From Eledone cirrhosa (taxonomy: Eukaryota), in the NCBI GenBank assembly GCA_964016885.1, contig OZ024743.1, positions 193,564,001 to 193,628,000 on the forward strand: a stretch of 64,000 bases of DNA, read 5' to 3'. The notes under the pieces are model-generated. The model worked only from the letters and a program-made list of their open reading frames with translations, was not told the origin of the DNA and ran no database searches. How positions within the stretch are numbered: position 1 is the stretch's first letter; each line of letters begins with the position of its first letter. The position numbers and the translations under genes were made by a program. Of this stretch, positions 36,231 to 50,269 are shown piece after piece.

Positions 36231-37076
36231 TCATCATCATCATCATCATCATTTTACGTCCGCTTTTCCCTGCTTGCAAGGGTGGGACGGGTCTTATTCA
36301 GCACAGCATCTCTCCACTCGTCACGGTCCCTCGTCATCTCCACCGTGAACTTCAATGATCTGAGGTCTGTTCTCACCACCTCCGCCCATGTTTTTCGTGG
36401 TCTACCTCTACCACGTCTTCCTTCAACTGGCATTTCCTGGCACTTCTTCACCCATCGGTCATCCTCCATGCGCATCACATGTCCATACCACCTCAGTCTC
36501 CTCTCCCGTACACTACATTCTATCCCTCTCAGACACAGTTTCTCTCTCAACACATTTATGCTGGGTCATTCACGCACATTTACACTGCACATCCAACGGA
36601 GCATGCTTGCCTCATTTCTCTCCAGCCGTCGCATATCCTCTGCGGTTGCTGCCCATGTCTCACTACCATGCAGCATCGTGCTCCTCACACAGGCATCATA
36701 CAACCGGCCTTTCGTACGCAGGGAGAAACCCTTCTTTGTCAATAGAGGAAGCAGCTCCCTAAACTTCTTCCAACCCGTCCTTATTCTAGATACTATGGCC
36801 TCGGAACACGCTCCTCCCATGCTAATCTGATCTCCTAGGTACCGGAAGCTATCCAAAACTTCTATAGCGCCCTCTCACATTTGAAAAATGTGTCTATCAG
36901 TGCGACTTCTACTGTCTAATTTCCCTGTACATCTACTACATACATATTTCTCCCTGCCTGTTAGTTTGCCTGCTATCCCGCTACATCTCTTGTGTACCCA
37001 GGACCTGCATTGTGTGCATTTTATAGAATTTATGCCAGTTCCTTTTCTGCATATCGAACATGGCCATTTCCCTGAG
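36231..37076 (-). mobile_element. RTE LINE subfamily C, 3' fragment (finger plus C-terminus; ORF ends at the tail)
   Basis: SGKWPCSICRKG...WVHKRC...CSRC, DSFRYLGD, GRGRPRKTW...[14 protein letters not shown] immediately followed by (GAT)n. Confidence 0.93.
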
Positions 37077-37250
37077 AGTTACCAGTTTAGACTAGTAAGA
37101 CCATGTTCAGGTAAGTACTTACTCGATACTTAGGAAAGTAGAGTATATATATATAGTGAAAAGTTAGTGCCTGACAGCTGAGTTCATGGCATTTCAATTG
37201 CGAGTGGATAACTCATTGAAATGGCATGAGCTTAGTCGCCAGGCACTATA
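37077..37250 (+). repeat. Family P-related element with imperfect terminal palindrome
   Basis: TACTCGATACTTAGGAAAGTAGAGT resembles 24533-24557; arms TAGTGCCTG...TTTCAAT / ATTGAAA...CAGGCACTA. Confidence 0.6.
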
Positions 37251-37310
37251 TATATATATATATATATATACACATACAAATGTCCATTTACATAAATTGA
37301 CATATATATA

Positions 37311-37637
37311 TGGAGGCACATGGCTTAGTGGTTAGAGCATTAGCCTTGCAATCGAAAGGTTGTGAGTTCAATACTCAGACTGGGTGATGTGTTGTTTCCT
37401 TGAGCAAGACACTTTATTTCACATTGCTCCAGTTTGCTCAGCTGTAGAAATGAGATGATAGGGACTGGAGTCCCTATCATTCCACTGCAAAGTGGTCGTG
37501 AAGGTGCCATGGCAAAAAAGCACCCAGCACTCACTGTAAATGAGGTTGGTGTTAGGAAGGGCATCCAGCTGTAGAAATCAAGCCAGAATCAGTTCCCGTC
37601 CCACCCTTGCAAGCAGGGAAAAAGCGGACATAAAATG
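37311..37637 (+). mobile_element. SINE S1
   Basis: Full-length match to 1713-2055. Confidence 0.9.
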
Positions 37638-38719
37638 GAAAATGGAATATAACTAAGACAATCATTTCCTTTAACTAGAATGCAAACAAATCTACACCAA
37701 ACACATGCTATCTATGAATTTAAGGAAACACAAATCATAATCCTGCAATTAAACCTTACTCCCCATACTCATACCGCACAAGTCATAAATTATATTCAAA
37801 CATGCCCTTCAAAATTATACTCTGCTCCAATTATTGGTATGGGGGTTACAATTGTCATCAGGCTGCAGTTGTTGTATTATGTAGTTTCTCTGCAATGACT
37901 ACTACCCAATTATGCAATTGGCATGTCAGATTCCTGCACAGTTTCTGTTTACTAAGTGTTTTACATAATAGGATTGACTCTGGAATCCTGCGGTTGAGAT
38001 CCAGATGTTTTAACCATACAGCCATGCATCTGTTTTTTCTGGGAAACGTATATTACCCATGATAGTCTGAGGGAGAAAGATTTCTTATCCATTTAACACT
38101 ATAAAATTGAATCTAAATTTCAAAGGGATTGTAACATTTGCATTTAAAAAATGAACTGCTTATTTTGTAATGCATAAAGTAGCAGCAAGCTTTTAGCTTC
38201 CAAGCGACAAGCTATGAAGTGAAAATAGAAAGCTTTAAGTTTATTCATAACAATTAAAAAAATTGTCAAATTTTAAATTGGATTCGAGCAGTGCGGTAAA
38301 TGATGAAAATATCTACAAAGTGAAAATATGTTAAAGTAGGAACTAAATCAGGCAGAACAGAACCAGTATACATTAAAATCAGAAACCAGATGTTTCAATC
38401 TATACTTGAAAGCTGAGCTTTTTATGTGCTTCTAATGCAGCATTAGACTAGTTAGAGCAAATCACTCAGTTATGCAGTTAGGTCAATATATTCTAGTTTA
38501 GGATTTTAGCAAATACTTATGGTTGACTGAAGCAGGAACTTTTGAGAAAAAACATAGATAAATACTTCTGAAATCAATATTTAAATTGTGAAATAATGAT
38601 GGAGTTTTGTGATATATATATATATATATATATAGATATATATATACACACACACACATACATATGTGTGTGTATACATGTATATATATATATACAATAC
38701 ATACATACACACATAAGTA

Positions 38720-38750
<31 letters not shown>

Positions 38751-40516
38751 TCCTTTTTTTTAAACACACACACATCTATATTTACTGGTGTTGTTAATGG
38801 TTTAAACGACATCATAAAAGGGATTATTAGAAAGATTTCAAAAATATAAATCCATAGAAATATTCAATAATTGAATACAAATATTATTGCAAAAGAATTT
38901 TCTTCAGAAATAGGAAAAAGAAAGCAAATAGAATTTTTAATTGTCTATTAACATTTAACACCTTTCCTTTCTAACAGTAATCTTTCCTTTCTAGCTTATA
39001 AAAAGAAAAGTTAAATTAATCTAATAAATGATGTGTTCTCATGCATATGTAAACATATTCAGGCACACTCCTGCATGTTGTGTACAACACTAATGTTAAA
39101 AACTTAATGAATTTCAAACCTCATTATTTTACTTAAATAATATTATATATATATATATAAGGCAATTATAATTTGACTTACATTTATATATTGTTTCCTG
39201 TAATGTTGCACGTAAATTGAATTCAACTTTTGAAGGAGAAGGTGTCATGACAAGAAAAGTAGGCTGAGATTTTAGAGAATTTAAGTTGATGAGAATTGAC
39301 AACATTTCATTATTAAGAATAAGGACATATGATTAGTTTGCTGACAGGTCTTGTCATATTGCCATAGAAACATCAACAGTTGGTTAAATGGCACCTGCTT
39401 GTCAGACTAATAGAAAATATGACAGGTAATGCCATCACCATAGACAGATGTATAATCAAGGGAAATTTGATTAGAAATAAATCCTTTCCTCTCATCAGCT
39501 TGGCGAAAAAAAAAAAGAAAGCCTCCCAAACTTACCTACCTATCCAATAAACAGCTATTGTTAGCTATAGCTTATATGTCAGTTTTAAACAGGAGATTAT
39601 TATTGCAGGTAATTCCTGACAGCAAAACTAAATGAATGATCAAGAAGGGATAGTTTAGAAAATCAAACCAGTTAAAATACTGTATATATTCGAATAAATG
39701 CAGAAAAATATGTAAAAAAAAAAAAAAAATTATGGTAAAATGGAGGGGGTGGGGTGCAGCGTATTTTCATCAATTTCAAATTCTACATAAATGAGGTGCT
39801 AAAATAACTAGAGTCATTATTTTACAATGAAACACTGTTTTTCTATATTTACTACGTCATTGGTGTTTTTTATGTATTCTTTTGAAAATATTTCCAACAA
39901 ATTTTTAAGAATTTAACCAATGTTCACATGCACACACATACATGGATACATGCACATGCATGTTTTTTTCTGACTTAATACTTTTTCTTTCAATCTAACA
40001 TTAGATTGAAATTCTGATTTTATTTTATTTCTCTCTCTTTTTCTCTCCTGTCCTCTGCCTCTCCTTACTCTCACTTGCTATATCTCCCTTCCCTCTTATA
40101 TGAATCCCTATACAAAGTTTTCTTATTTAATCTCTTGATTTCAAAGTGCTCCCAGCATGTGAGTGGTTGGAAGTAAACAAAAATTCAAGAAACTTGTTGA
40201 AATTTTATAAAACGGATGAGATGGTAAAAAAATCATTATGTAATGAAATTGTAAAACAAAAACTATTTTCTAAAAGACACTAAAAACATTTTAAACATCA
40301 AAATATTAAAACTTCATGAATATATTTTATACTCATGAGAATTTCAAAATCATGCTATCTAAACATAATGTGTTGATTAGCTGCCTCAACTTATATACAG
40401 GGTTTGGATTTGTGCCCATTTCTCACATAAAATGGCTTATATTTGAATAAATATGGTAAGTAATGAAGAAATGGTTCAATCCACAGAACCATTACCTTCA
40501 ACATCTATCGCAAATA

Positions 40517-40821
40517 CAGTGGAACCTTGGTTCACAAATACCTCTCATCATGAACCATTTTTCTGAACATAAAACATCTCAGATGATGAACAGTATCTCG
40601 AGTAATGAACACGCAAGGGGGGCAACAATGGTTGGCGACAAGCTGGGAGTATCGGCAGGAAAGTGCCACTTGTTGTGTAGTCAGTTACTATGGTCAAATC
40701 TATCTTTCTTTCACACACAGTCTCTCTCTGTATTTCTCTTTCAACATTTTGTATGGGAAAAATAGTTTCAGTTTATGAACATTTCAGGAACAAATTAAAT
40801 TTGTGAACCAAGGTTCCACTA
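40517..40821. mobile_element. pogo/Tigger-like MITE
   Basis: TIRs CAGTGGAACCTTGGTTCACAAAT / ATTTGTGAACCAAGGTTCCACT with TA flanks. Confidence 0.8.
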
Positions 40822-41085
40822 TATTAAAAATGATTCCATCTAAATATTTTCATAGATGCAAGGCATCTAAAAAAACCAATCAAAACAGAGTTACAATTAA
40901 TTGAATAACTAAAAATAACCACAAGAGAGTTATACTTTATTCAATCAACCTCAGTATTACAAATATTTTCTTTTACTAACTTCAATGGGTGATGTGTCTC
41001 AGAACTGAGAGGAAAGAAATTAAAAACATACTTAGATATTCTACTGTATAATCCATATATATCAACCTTTGAGAAAGTACACAGC

Positions 41086-41210
41086 CTAGTGGCTATGTCA
41101 TTGATTTCATGATCAAACGGTCATAGATTCCATTCCAATCATTGGGTCTTTTAGCAAGGCACTCCATTTCATGTTGCTCCAGTTCATTCAACAGAAAAAT
41201 GAAAACCAGC
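41086..41210 (+). mobile_element. Decayed CORE-type SINE
   Basis: GCCTAGTGG head; TTAGCAAGGCACT..ATTTCATGTTGCTCCAGTTCATTCA..AAAAATGA core. Confidence 0.55.
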
Positions 41211-42996
41211 AACAGCTGCAGTGGCAGTTCAGCTTTTTATGTTGCAATGAACTCTTAGTCACTTAAAGCCACATGAAACCAAGATAAGCTTTGTGTCCTG
41301 ATGAGCTCCAGAAAATGGAAGGAGAAATGTCCCCCTATCTCATCTAACTAAGGGCCAACAGACACAAGTTTGTTCAGATGTAGAATGAGTGAACAGCACT
41401 TAAATTTCGTTTCTGAAATTTCAATTGTTTATATTAGGAGAATTTCCTACTGAACTGTCAACCCAGAAAAAAAAAAAATCTGTTAAAGTGGCAGTGATGA
41501 TAATAATGGGGATAATAATGGTGATGATGATAATGATGTGCCAAAATAACACCAAATATTGTTGAGACTTAACTTTGCTTCTAGAAAAAAAGACAAATGT
41601 TTTAATAACACAAAGCAACAAGGTTTAAAGTCATAGATAGATGTATTGCAGTTATTAAATCTAAAATTAATAAATTAAAATGTGAGAATGACAGATATAA
41701 TTATGAAAATCTGAAACAGAAAACTATAAATGATATATTGAGAAATACTGTGAAGTGCTTTGTAAAAATTGAAACAAAATATTGATTCAATGAATATTTT
41801 CACTTGAATATTTTTTCCCATTTTTTAAATAACATTTATTCTTTTTTTTTTCCATCGCAAAGTTTACTCATAATTTTAGTAAGATATGAGCAAAACATTT
41901 TGACTTTTTTTACAAGAGTATTCTTTTTTTCTTTCTGTCTCAAATCATCTTATCACAAGAATTCTTTTCTTTGAATAGCTGCTTTTAGTTTACAACTATT
42001 TTTCTATACACACATAAAGGTAGGATGGTTTTAGAAAAATATCTGTATTATTCATACCACTGAAACAGTTGTTAATATGTCTGCTAGGTACTATTCTTGC
42101 AGCTATCCATATTGCCAAAGAGTAGGAATGAAACCTGTATGTCAGTCAGATTAACAACAGAAAGCTTCATATTTATGTGTTTTGCTCAAGGGGACAACAC
42201 ATTCGTTACATTTATAAGATTTTAACTTTTGACCTCATATAAAATCTGGCCTTACAAAATAGAACTTATTGAAAGTATTTCTCATATCCCTCACATTACA
42301 GCAATATCTATTTATCATTTTCCCTCAAGTTCTGAACATTACAAATGTACTGTACATTACATGTGTATGTATGTATATCTGAAATAGTTTTCTTAATAAA
42401 CTTGCATTACAAATACACCATACATTACATGCGTATATATATACATAAAGCAGTTTTTCTAATAAACTTGCATATGGATACTAAATAGATATATTGATGT
42501 GACAAGAAGCAACCAATTCATCATTAAGTTCATTTTCTTCCCTCATTCATACCCTTCGAACAGATTACCCAAATCTGGTAACTCTAGCCTGCAGCAAATT
42601 AAGACAGTAAAACTAAAGTTCTTTTCTATTCACAGAGAAACATATGACTAGAAACCATTCATTCTTCCACAGGCAGTAGAGTTAGTTAGAAAGCTTGTGC
42701 TGCTAGCATACAAAATAGAAATTTATAGTTTAGAAAGTTTCAACACAATTTAAAATGAATGCTCTCATAAAAATAAAATTCAGCAGCAACTATGTCTCTG
42801 AATACCCCCCCTCCTCCAGCAATATTTTGTGGCTTTTAATCATTGCAATTTTAAAAGAGAAAAAAAGAATTGTCAAATCTTTTGTCTGTAAAAAGTGTAG
42901 TTCTATTTTAACGTTTGGTGTCCCATATCACATTAGTAAGACATACTTGCGAAGCACAAAATAGCACTGTGACTACATTATCATCATTATCATTCC

Positions 42997-43120
42997 ATTC
43001 TGAGTTCAAATCCCGCCGAGGTCAACTTTGCCTTTCATCCTTACGGGGTCGATAAAATAAAGTACCAGTAATGTACTGGGTAATTGCTGGCCTTGTGCCA
43101 AAAGTAGAAACAATTATCAT
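42997..43120 (+). mobile_element. SINE S2, 5'-truncated, young
   Basis: TCTGAGTTCAAATCCCGCCGAGGTCAACTTTGCC...GTAGAAACAATTAT. Confidence 0.88.
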
Positions 43121-44254
43121 TTTATGTCCATTTTTTTCCATGTTTGCATTAAAGATTAAAGTCTTTCCTCAAATATAACAATTTTTCACAACAGTCTGTT
43201 CACTAGTAAAGATACTATAAACATTTGAATTAATAAACCCATTTTTAGATATTTTCTATCAAATTATTACAGGTTGTTTTATGTTGAATGAAATTAAAAT
43301 TTCCAAATTATAACTAAAGCTTAGGTAAAGTATTCACCAACACAATTCTTTTACAGAATACAGAGCTATATTTTAACAGGTTTACAAGGCAGGCAGGCCA
43401 AATACCTAACTGTACACAACCCCACTATCCACTCCAAACTACATTCCAGCAATAAACATTAACAGTCTGAAAAGCTTAGTTGATTACATGACAACCAAAA
43501 CGACTTGCCAATACCCTATGAAAACAATTTTAATTGACAAGCGAGATATCTTAATAATTTTGTATCTTAAGCTGTATGCAGAAAATAACATTTTCCAAAT
43601 GAACAGGTTGTAAAGATTATAAAAAGAAAACAGAAGCCTGATTAAGATGTGTGCTGATTTCCTGCTATTTAAGTCAGTGATTAAAAAACATCAGACTGGA
43701 TCAGCCACAAGATTGTAAAATGAGAATTTTATAAGTTACCACATCAATTCTGTTTTAAGTCTATGTATGATAATATTAGAAAGAAAATGAACATTTTACA
43801 AAGTTATTTCAAGCAAAACACAAGTGACATGTTTAGCATGTTGTCCAGTAAAACCAGCAGTGAATTCCGGATATTTCAAAGGACTAGAAGCAAATATAGA
43901 AAATTATGTGTGAAGTCTCAGCAATTAAAAAGTTGACAGTTAAATACAAAAAGGAAAGAAAAAAAAGAAAAAAAAAAGAGAAATCAATGAACTTGACATA
44001 AAAAAACTCCCAAACAAACCAAAACAAAACAAAAAGGTTTTCGTCTTAAGATCTTAGAAATATTTGTTGAATATTTTAAAGCAGGCAAACAATTACTCTC
44101 TCCTAAAAGATTCTATTCAAAATTCGAAAGTTGAAAGCCAGAGTATAAACAGGATATATACTAAGCTCAGTAAACATCCAGCTAGTATGGCTGAATATAA
44201 ATAAACATTTAGGAACTAGTAAAGAGACTTTCATTCTAAAAATTTCCATTTAGC

Positions 44255-44803
44255 TCCTTCACACTTTTGATACTAAATCACTTGAATTTGTCTCTGGCTC
44301 TATGATCCTAAGTTGTTTATTTAAAAGTATTTATTATTATCCTCATCATTGTTTAACTGCCATTTTCCATGTTTGCAATATTTATCTAAAAAAAACAAAA
44401 AAACCTTCCATTATAAATTTATGAAAAAACTTTTGTTAAGTTATGTTCCAAACACCAGATTAATAATGAGAAAGTTTATATTACTAAATCTTTCTAAATT
44501 ATTGATTATTTTCAAAATTATTGGAAAAATCATGTCTTTCATAAAAAATATGGTAATTAAAGGGTTAATAATATTTAGTAAAAGAAATTCACGTGGTTTC
44601 TTTACTATATTTCTAATAAGATATTTTCAAACAACTTTGAAAATAAAGAATTTGGAGGAATTTAGTAATATAACTAACTTTCTCATTATTAAGCTGTTGT
44701 ATGGAGCATGGTGTGATGGAAGATTTTTAGATAGATATAAGTACTTTAGAGTAAACAGTTTTGCATCTTAAAACCAGAGGCAGTTTGGTATTAAAAGGGT
44801 TAA
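44255..44803. mobile_element. Two decayed M2 MITEs in opposite orientations
   Basis: Ends TAAAGGGTTAA (about 44566) and AAAAGGGTTAA (about 44803); internal similarity to 22567-22798. Confidence 0.55.
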
Positions 44804-45939
44804 TGTGTACCTGGATAATATTTTATTCTATATTGCTTCAGATCACCTAACTGTTAGGAATAGGTAAGCAGAGACAAGGAAATGTTACCTACAGTAAGAC
44901 TAGTGCTCTATCCAAGGGAGGTTTAGCTTTTTATCTCTCATATGATGTACAACAAATCAGCATATTATATTTGTTTTCTGTAAAAGTAAGATGGAAAAAT
45001 CATTGACTATCATTCTCCTTCTACAGTATATCAACAAAGATTCAACATTACATATGTTGACATTTCAATTATTCTCCAGAGTTTGATTTACCCAGAACAG
45101 ACATGACATTACTTTAAATCTGACTTGTACAAAGTTAACAAATAGATGAAGTAAAGTTTGTAAATAATTATTTATCACACAATGCAATATACAGAAAATT
45201 TTATACTATGCAGACTGGCCATTAAAACACATAATTTATTCTAGTTAGGCTATAAAAGTTACTTAAGACTATAATAAATAAAACTTTACCCTTTGTTAAC
45301 ATGTTATTGTGTAGTAGTATAAGATTGAAATCAGTGCCAATGTTTGGAAAATAATTTAGTTATTTTAAACTGGAAAATCTTATCTCAATTTTCATGAATG
45401 AAAATGGCTGACCATAAAAACAACAACAACAACAATGACTCTATTGTTCTATATATAATAGACTACTTCTGCTATTACTATATTACCCTGTCAATTCTGA
45501 CCATCTGGTCAACTTGCTGCTTCAGCTAGCTCTCCCATATTCCTACAGCATCTCCTTTACTTTCTCGTCATTATCTACTAATGGGGGTCATAAATCAAAT
45601 AAGGAAGTTAAATATGGGGAGTAGGGAGAGGAGAAGGAGGAGTTATGGTTATCAATTTTTCTGGGTTATCTTTTCTTCTAATGAGGCAATATAAAACAGA
45701 AAACAATCCCTGCTAAAATATCTGTCTTCTTTTATCTTCTTAATGTTAATACTAGATAAATTGTTACAACAATAGTGTACATGCACATTAAGAGAGCTGG
45801 CAGGGACCAAATCTCCTAAAAACTTAAAAAAAAAAAACACCTAAAAAACAAACAAACAAAAAAAAACATTCACAAGACAGACACACAAAAACTCATACTT
45901 TTATGTATTTATAATTCCTTTTGGAATCCTAGGAGCACT

Positions 45940-46220
45940 CTGTTCGAAGCCCATCCCCTCTCCAGATCTGAACACAGCTGACTTCTGTGTGAGAGAGAGA
46001 GAGAGAGAAAACGAGAGATAGATAGAGAGAAAGAGTAAGGAAATGAGAAAGGGATAGAGAGGAAGAATTGATCCCAATACTGGACTGGTACTTTATTGAA
46101 CTTGAAAGGATGAAAAAGGCAAATGACCTTGGTTGGATTTGAACTCATAATGCAGAGAACCAGAATGAATGCCACAAAGCATTCTATCCAACATTCTAAT
46201 GACTGCTAATTTACTGCCTA
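45940..46220 (-). mobile_element. Old S2-related SINE with CT-rich segment
   Basis: Reverse complement GAGTTCAAATCC...TCATCCTTTC...AGTACCAGT...CT tract...CTGGAGAGGGGATGGGCT. Confidence 0.65.
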
Positions 46221-46679
46221 TACTTTTATATTATAAACATAAAAAAAAAGAATTCTGTGGTTATTTCAACATCGTTTTAAAAGGTTTTTCAAGGGGAAGT
46301 TATCAGAAAAATATAAAATATAAAGTTATTAAAATTTTTATAATCAAAATGCTTAAATGTGAGAAAAAATGTTTAAAAGGTTTGTATGCATGCACATTTC
46401 AGCATGTGTATGTTTTTACATGCACATGTGTATGTACGTACGTATGTGTATGTTTGTGCATGCTAGTGTGTATGTTTGTATATGCTCATGTATATGTTTG
46501 CACATGCACATGTATATGTCTGTACATGCACATGTATATGTTGGTACATGCAGGAGAGATTAGAAATGTCGACTAGTTCATTTAGAATAATTAATGTTCC
46601 TCTTTCATTGGTGTTATAGCGTTGATATAACATTACTGACTACAGCATTGATATATCGGTGATAAGGATTCAATAATGT

Positions 46680-46947
46680 TGAAGACAGGTGACAAATTGG
46701 CAGAGCACCATTGAAAATGTCAAATAGAATGCTGTGTGGTATTCATTCCAGCTCTCTAAGCCTTGAGTTAAAATGACACCAAGGTCAATTTTGCCTTTCA
46801 TTCTTTCAAGGTTGATAAATAAAGTGTCATTCCAGTACTGGGGTAAATTCTTCCCCTATATCTCTTTCGCACTTCCCTCTATCATTATCTTTTCTGCTGA
46901 ATGAAATTGGCTGTGGTCATACCTGGAGAGAGATGGGCCCAATAGGT
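46680..46947 (+). mobile_element. Old S2-related SINE with CT-rich segment
   Basis: Same architecture as 23280-23520 and 45940-46220. Confidence 0.65.
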
Positions 46948-47285
46948 TTAATCCTTTAGCATTTACATTACTCTATATTTACTATTGAATTTTCATAGTA
47001 AAAACAATATCTCACATGATATTGAATCTAAGAGATTTTGATATTATTTATTTTGAGAACAATTCCTTACGAGTGGTCATTTACAGCCAGTTTGATCAGA
47101 AAGAGGTGAGAGAATTCTGGCCAGCTACAGCTGGTTTAAATGCTAAAGGGTTAACATCCTTTTGCAGAGGTGTATACATCGAATCTGAAAGATTCGATAT
47201 TATGTGAAATAATCATGTGAGCTAAAGTGTTTACCGTGAAAATACAATAATAAATATAGAGTAATGGAAATGCTAAAGGTTTAAA
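46948..47285. mobile_element. M1 MITE (minus strand, 46952-47150) plus right half of a second M1 (plus strand)
   Basis: TTAA-TCCTTTAGCATTTA...TAAATGCTAAAGGG-TTAA, then AGATTCGATATTATGTG...AAATGCTAAAGG. Confidence 0.78.
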
Positions 47286-49729
47286 GTACCCATCTCTTTC
47301 CATATATACAAAAATCTATACCTATGACTGACTAATTTGTCCAGAAAACTTACATCAATAAAGCTCTAAATAAAAGACTCTTAATAAGTTCAAAATAGCC
47401 TTTGATATAAATATAGAAAAAGGAAACAGAAGCCAAATTTTAATGAAAAGTGGTACACCTGAAAAGAATAAAAGGAAAACAGGTAAGAAAAAATGTTGTG
47501 TCACTGAGAACCCCTCCATCTTGAAAATATTTATTTTCTGGAGAAGCTTTTTATTAATACTGAAAGGGTTTTGTTTGCCTTAAATTCTGTTTGAAGTTTT
47601 ATTTACCGATTTGTTAAAGAATTGGAAAATAGAAGTCATTCAAGCAAAACAAAAAATAAAACAAACTATTTTAAATAATCAATAAGTGGAAAGATGAAAG
47701 TAGAAAAGTAACTAGTGGTCCTTTTAAAAACGAAAAGTAGTTTCTTTTTGTCTGTTGTTGTTTTATCCTCGAAATAGTACAAAACATTTGTGAGAATCTA
47801 AAGCAAATTCGAAAGGTGAAAGCCAGAGTATAAATGAAATATATACTAAGCTCATTTAACATTCAGCTAGTATGACTGAATATAAATAAACATTTAGGAA
47901 CTTATAAAAAGACTTTTATTCTAAAACATTCCATTTAGCTCCTTAACCCTTTAAACATCAAATTGCTTAATATTGCTTCTGATTCTATTACATAAAGCTG
48001 GTATCTGGAAAAGCATATGGCTGTAGAATGCTGCTTAAAAAAGAGTCTCATCTAACCCATGTCAGTCTATAAAAGTGGACTTAAATAAAAATAATAGTGA
48101 TGGCGATAATGTGTGTAGTGTAGTTTATATCATAAAGAAAAAGGATTTTAAAAACATGTAACTGTATATTAAGTTTTAATGAGTTATATGTCCTCAGGAT
48201 AACTAAATCTTTCAAAACAAAAAAAATGTAAATTTTGCATCAAAGTCGAACAATATTTTGAATTATTAATGTTCATGTTATTAGAAGAGATAGAGAGAGA
48301 GAAAGAAAAAAAACAAAACAAAAAACAATCAGTCAGAATTGATAAAATTTTGATTATGTATGATATTTTGCCAGGCTAAAAAATATGTTTTGTTTTTATT
48401 GGTCACTTCTTAAATACTGTTAAAACACATAGCTTGTTATTCAAGCCATGGCATTGAGGAGAAAATAAATGTTAAATAAATAACTCGTTGGCAGGTAAAA
48501 TAGTGAAATAATATGGACAGCCTACTCTTCTCCCTCTTGGACATAAAACTGATGGAGAAAATAATTTGATTTTTTGGGGGGGTGGGGCAGGGGGATTTAG
48601 GGTGGGTGAGGATTAAATCTGCAAACGTTTGAAGTAAATTCATATCAAATTAAGGGAGGAAAAACAGGTAAAATATCTAGCCAAATCATTGAAACCTCAA
48701 CAGTTTCTACATTAAATCTGGCATTTAGTTCCTTTTAATCATGCACCACCTAACGAATGGGGCATAAAACAACCACTTCACACACACACATGGCCAAATT
48801 CCCACCAAATCACTCATTGTAAAAAACAACAAAGCAATCATTAAATAATGTTGTGCTAGATCTTTTTTAAAAGATGTGATTGATGACCATAGCTGAAACA
48901 ATAACAACCACAAGATCCTTTGGAGAAATACCACAATATTTCACAAACACTGACTCATTATTTCCCAGTAAACTTCCATTCAGTCTTTTGAAAGAAACCA
49001 ATGAAGAAGGATGTTTTTTGAATACCTTTTTATATTAAATTTCTATTAAATCATTCCACAAATTTCTGCGATCCATCCAAACTAAGTTGGTAAATTTTCC
49101 TTGTAGTCAGGTAAATATAGACAAATCAGAAAGTAATAGAGATGTTTACAGAAGCATACACAATATGTTTATGTATAATAGACAGATATAAGTTTATGGT
49201 GTTTTAAGCTGTGATCATGTCACAGCTACATCAGTAGCTGTTTGAGAATGCCAGATGCTAGTATTTCAGGATGTTTATTCATCTTCAGTGATGTTTACTC
49301 ACTTGAAACTGAGACAAGAATAAACTACAGCAATGTGCCACCCAGTCAAAGGATCAAACCTACAATATTAAGTTGGCAATGTAGAGGCCTCGGTTTTTTT
49401 TAGTTTAGGCAGCATTAGTTATTAAGTGAGGGTGTCTAATGTGGAATAATATAATTTTAGATTACCTAATTGATGTTTTTGCTAATGAATTTATATTTAT
49501 CCTATATTATTAGCCCTCCTCCATTTCTACATCAGTAACACTATACAATATAAAATACACTGCAATGTCTACAAAAGTATTGGTAAACATTATAAAATAT
49601 ATACCTACAAGTCTATAACAATTCTATATGCTAAAGACACGGTCACCTGACCCGACTTGCCTCTAATAGGACAACCTTTCTAACCCATGCTAACATTGAA
49701 AATAGATGTTAAACAATGATGAAGTCTGT

Positions 49730-49875
49730 AATAATTGTTTCTACTTTTGGCACAAGGCCAGCAATAACCCAGTACATTACTGGTACTTTATTTTATCGAC
49801 CCCGTAAGGATGAAAGGCAAAGTTAACCTCGGCGGGATTTGAACTCAGACTATAAAGGGGTATAACTCTATGCTG
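49730..49875 (-). mobile_element. SINE S2 with apparent target-site duplication
   Basis: S2 match; GATGAAGTCTGTAATAAT occurs on both sides (about 49718 and 49878). Confidence 0.85.
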
Positions 49876-50043
49876 CAGATGAAGTCTGTAATAATGCTGC
49901 TGTACTGTAAAATACATGTTTATATATAACTGCAATGCTGTATACACACTTATATATACTACAATAATATACATGTCTATATATGTTACAGTAATGTATG
50001 TATCTATATATACTACAGTAATATAATATAAAATGCACCTCTA

Positions 50044-50142
50044 CAGGGTGTCCCCAAAAATGTATACACACTCTAACAGCGTTCTAATAAATATTGCCTG
50101 TACAGGTATTCAAAGTGTGTATACATTTTCTGGGACACCTTG
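50044..50142 (+). mobile_element. Tc1/mariner-type MITE, about 100 bp (family M3)
   Basis: TIRs CAGGGTGTCCCCAAAAATGTATACAC / GTGTATACATTTTCTGGGACACCTTG with TA flanks. Confidence 0.85.
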
Positions 50143-50269
50143 TATATATAAAAAGGAAAAAGAAAATGTCTGCCTTGAGCCCAGAAACTCATCAGACCAC
50201 TGTTTAGTCCAGTTTCCATGATGTTAAGTGTCTGAGGGTACAAAAACCCAACTCACCCATAGACACAGG

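Noticed and set aside
39530-39620. Potential minus-strand exon with a GTAAG donor
   Set aside because: Stop codons in all three frames
42337-42473. About 67-bp imperfect tandem duplication
   Set aside because: Ordinary local slippage duplication with no sign of function
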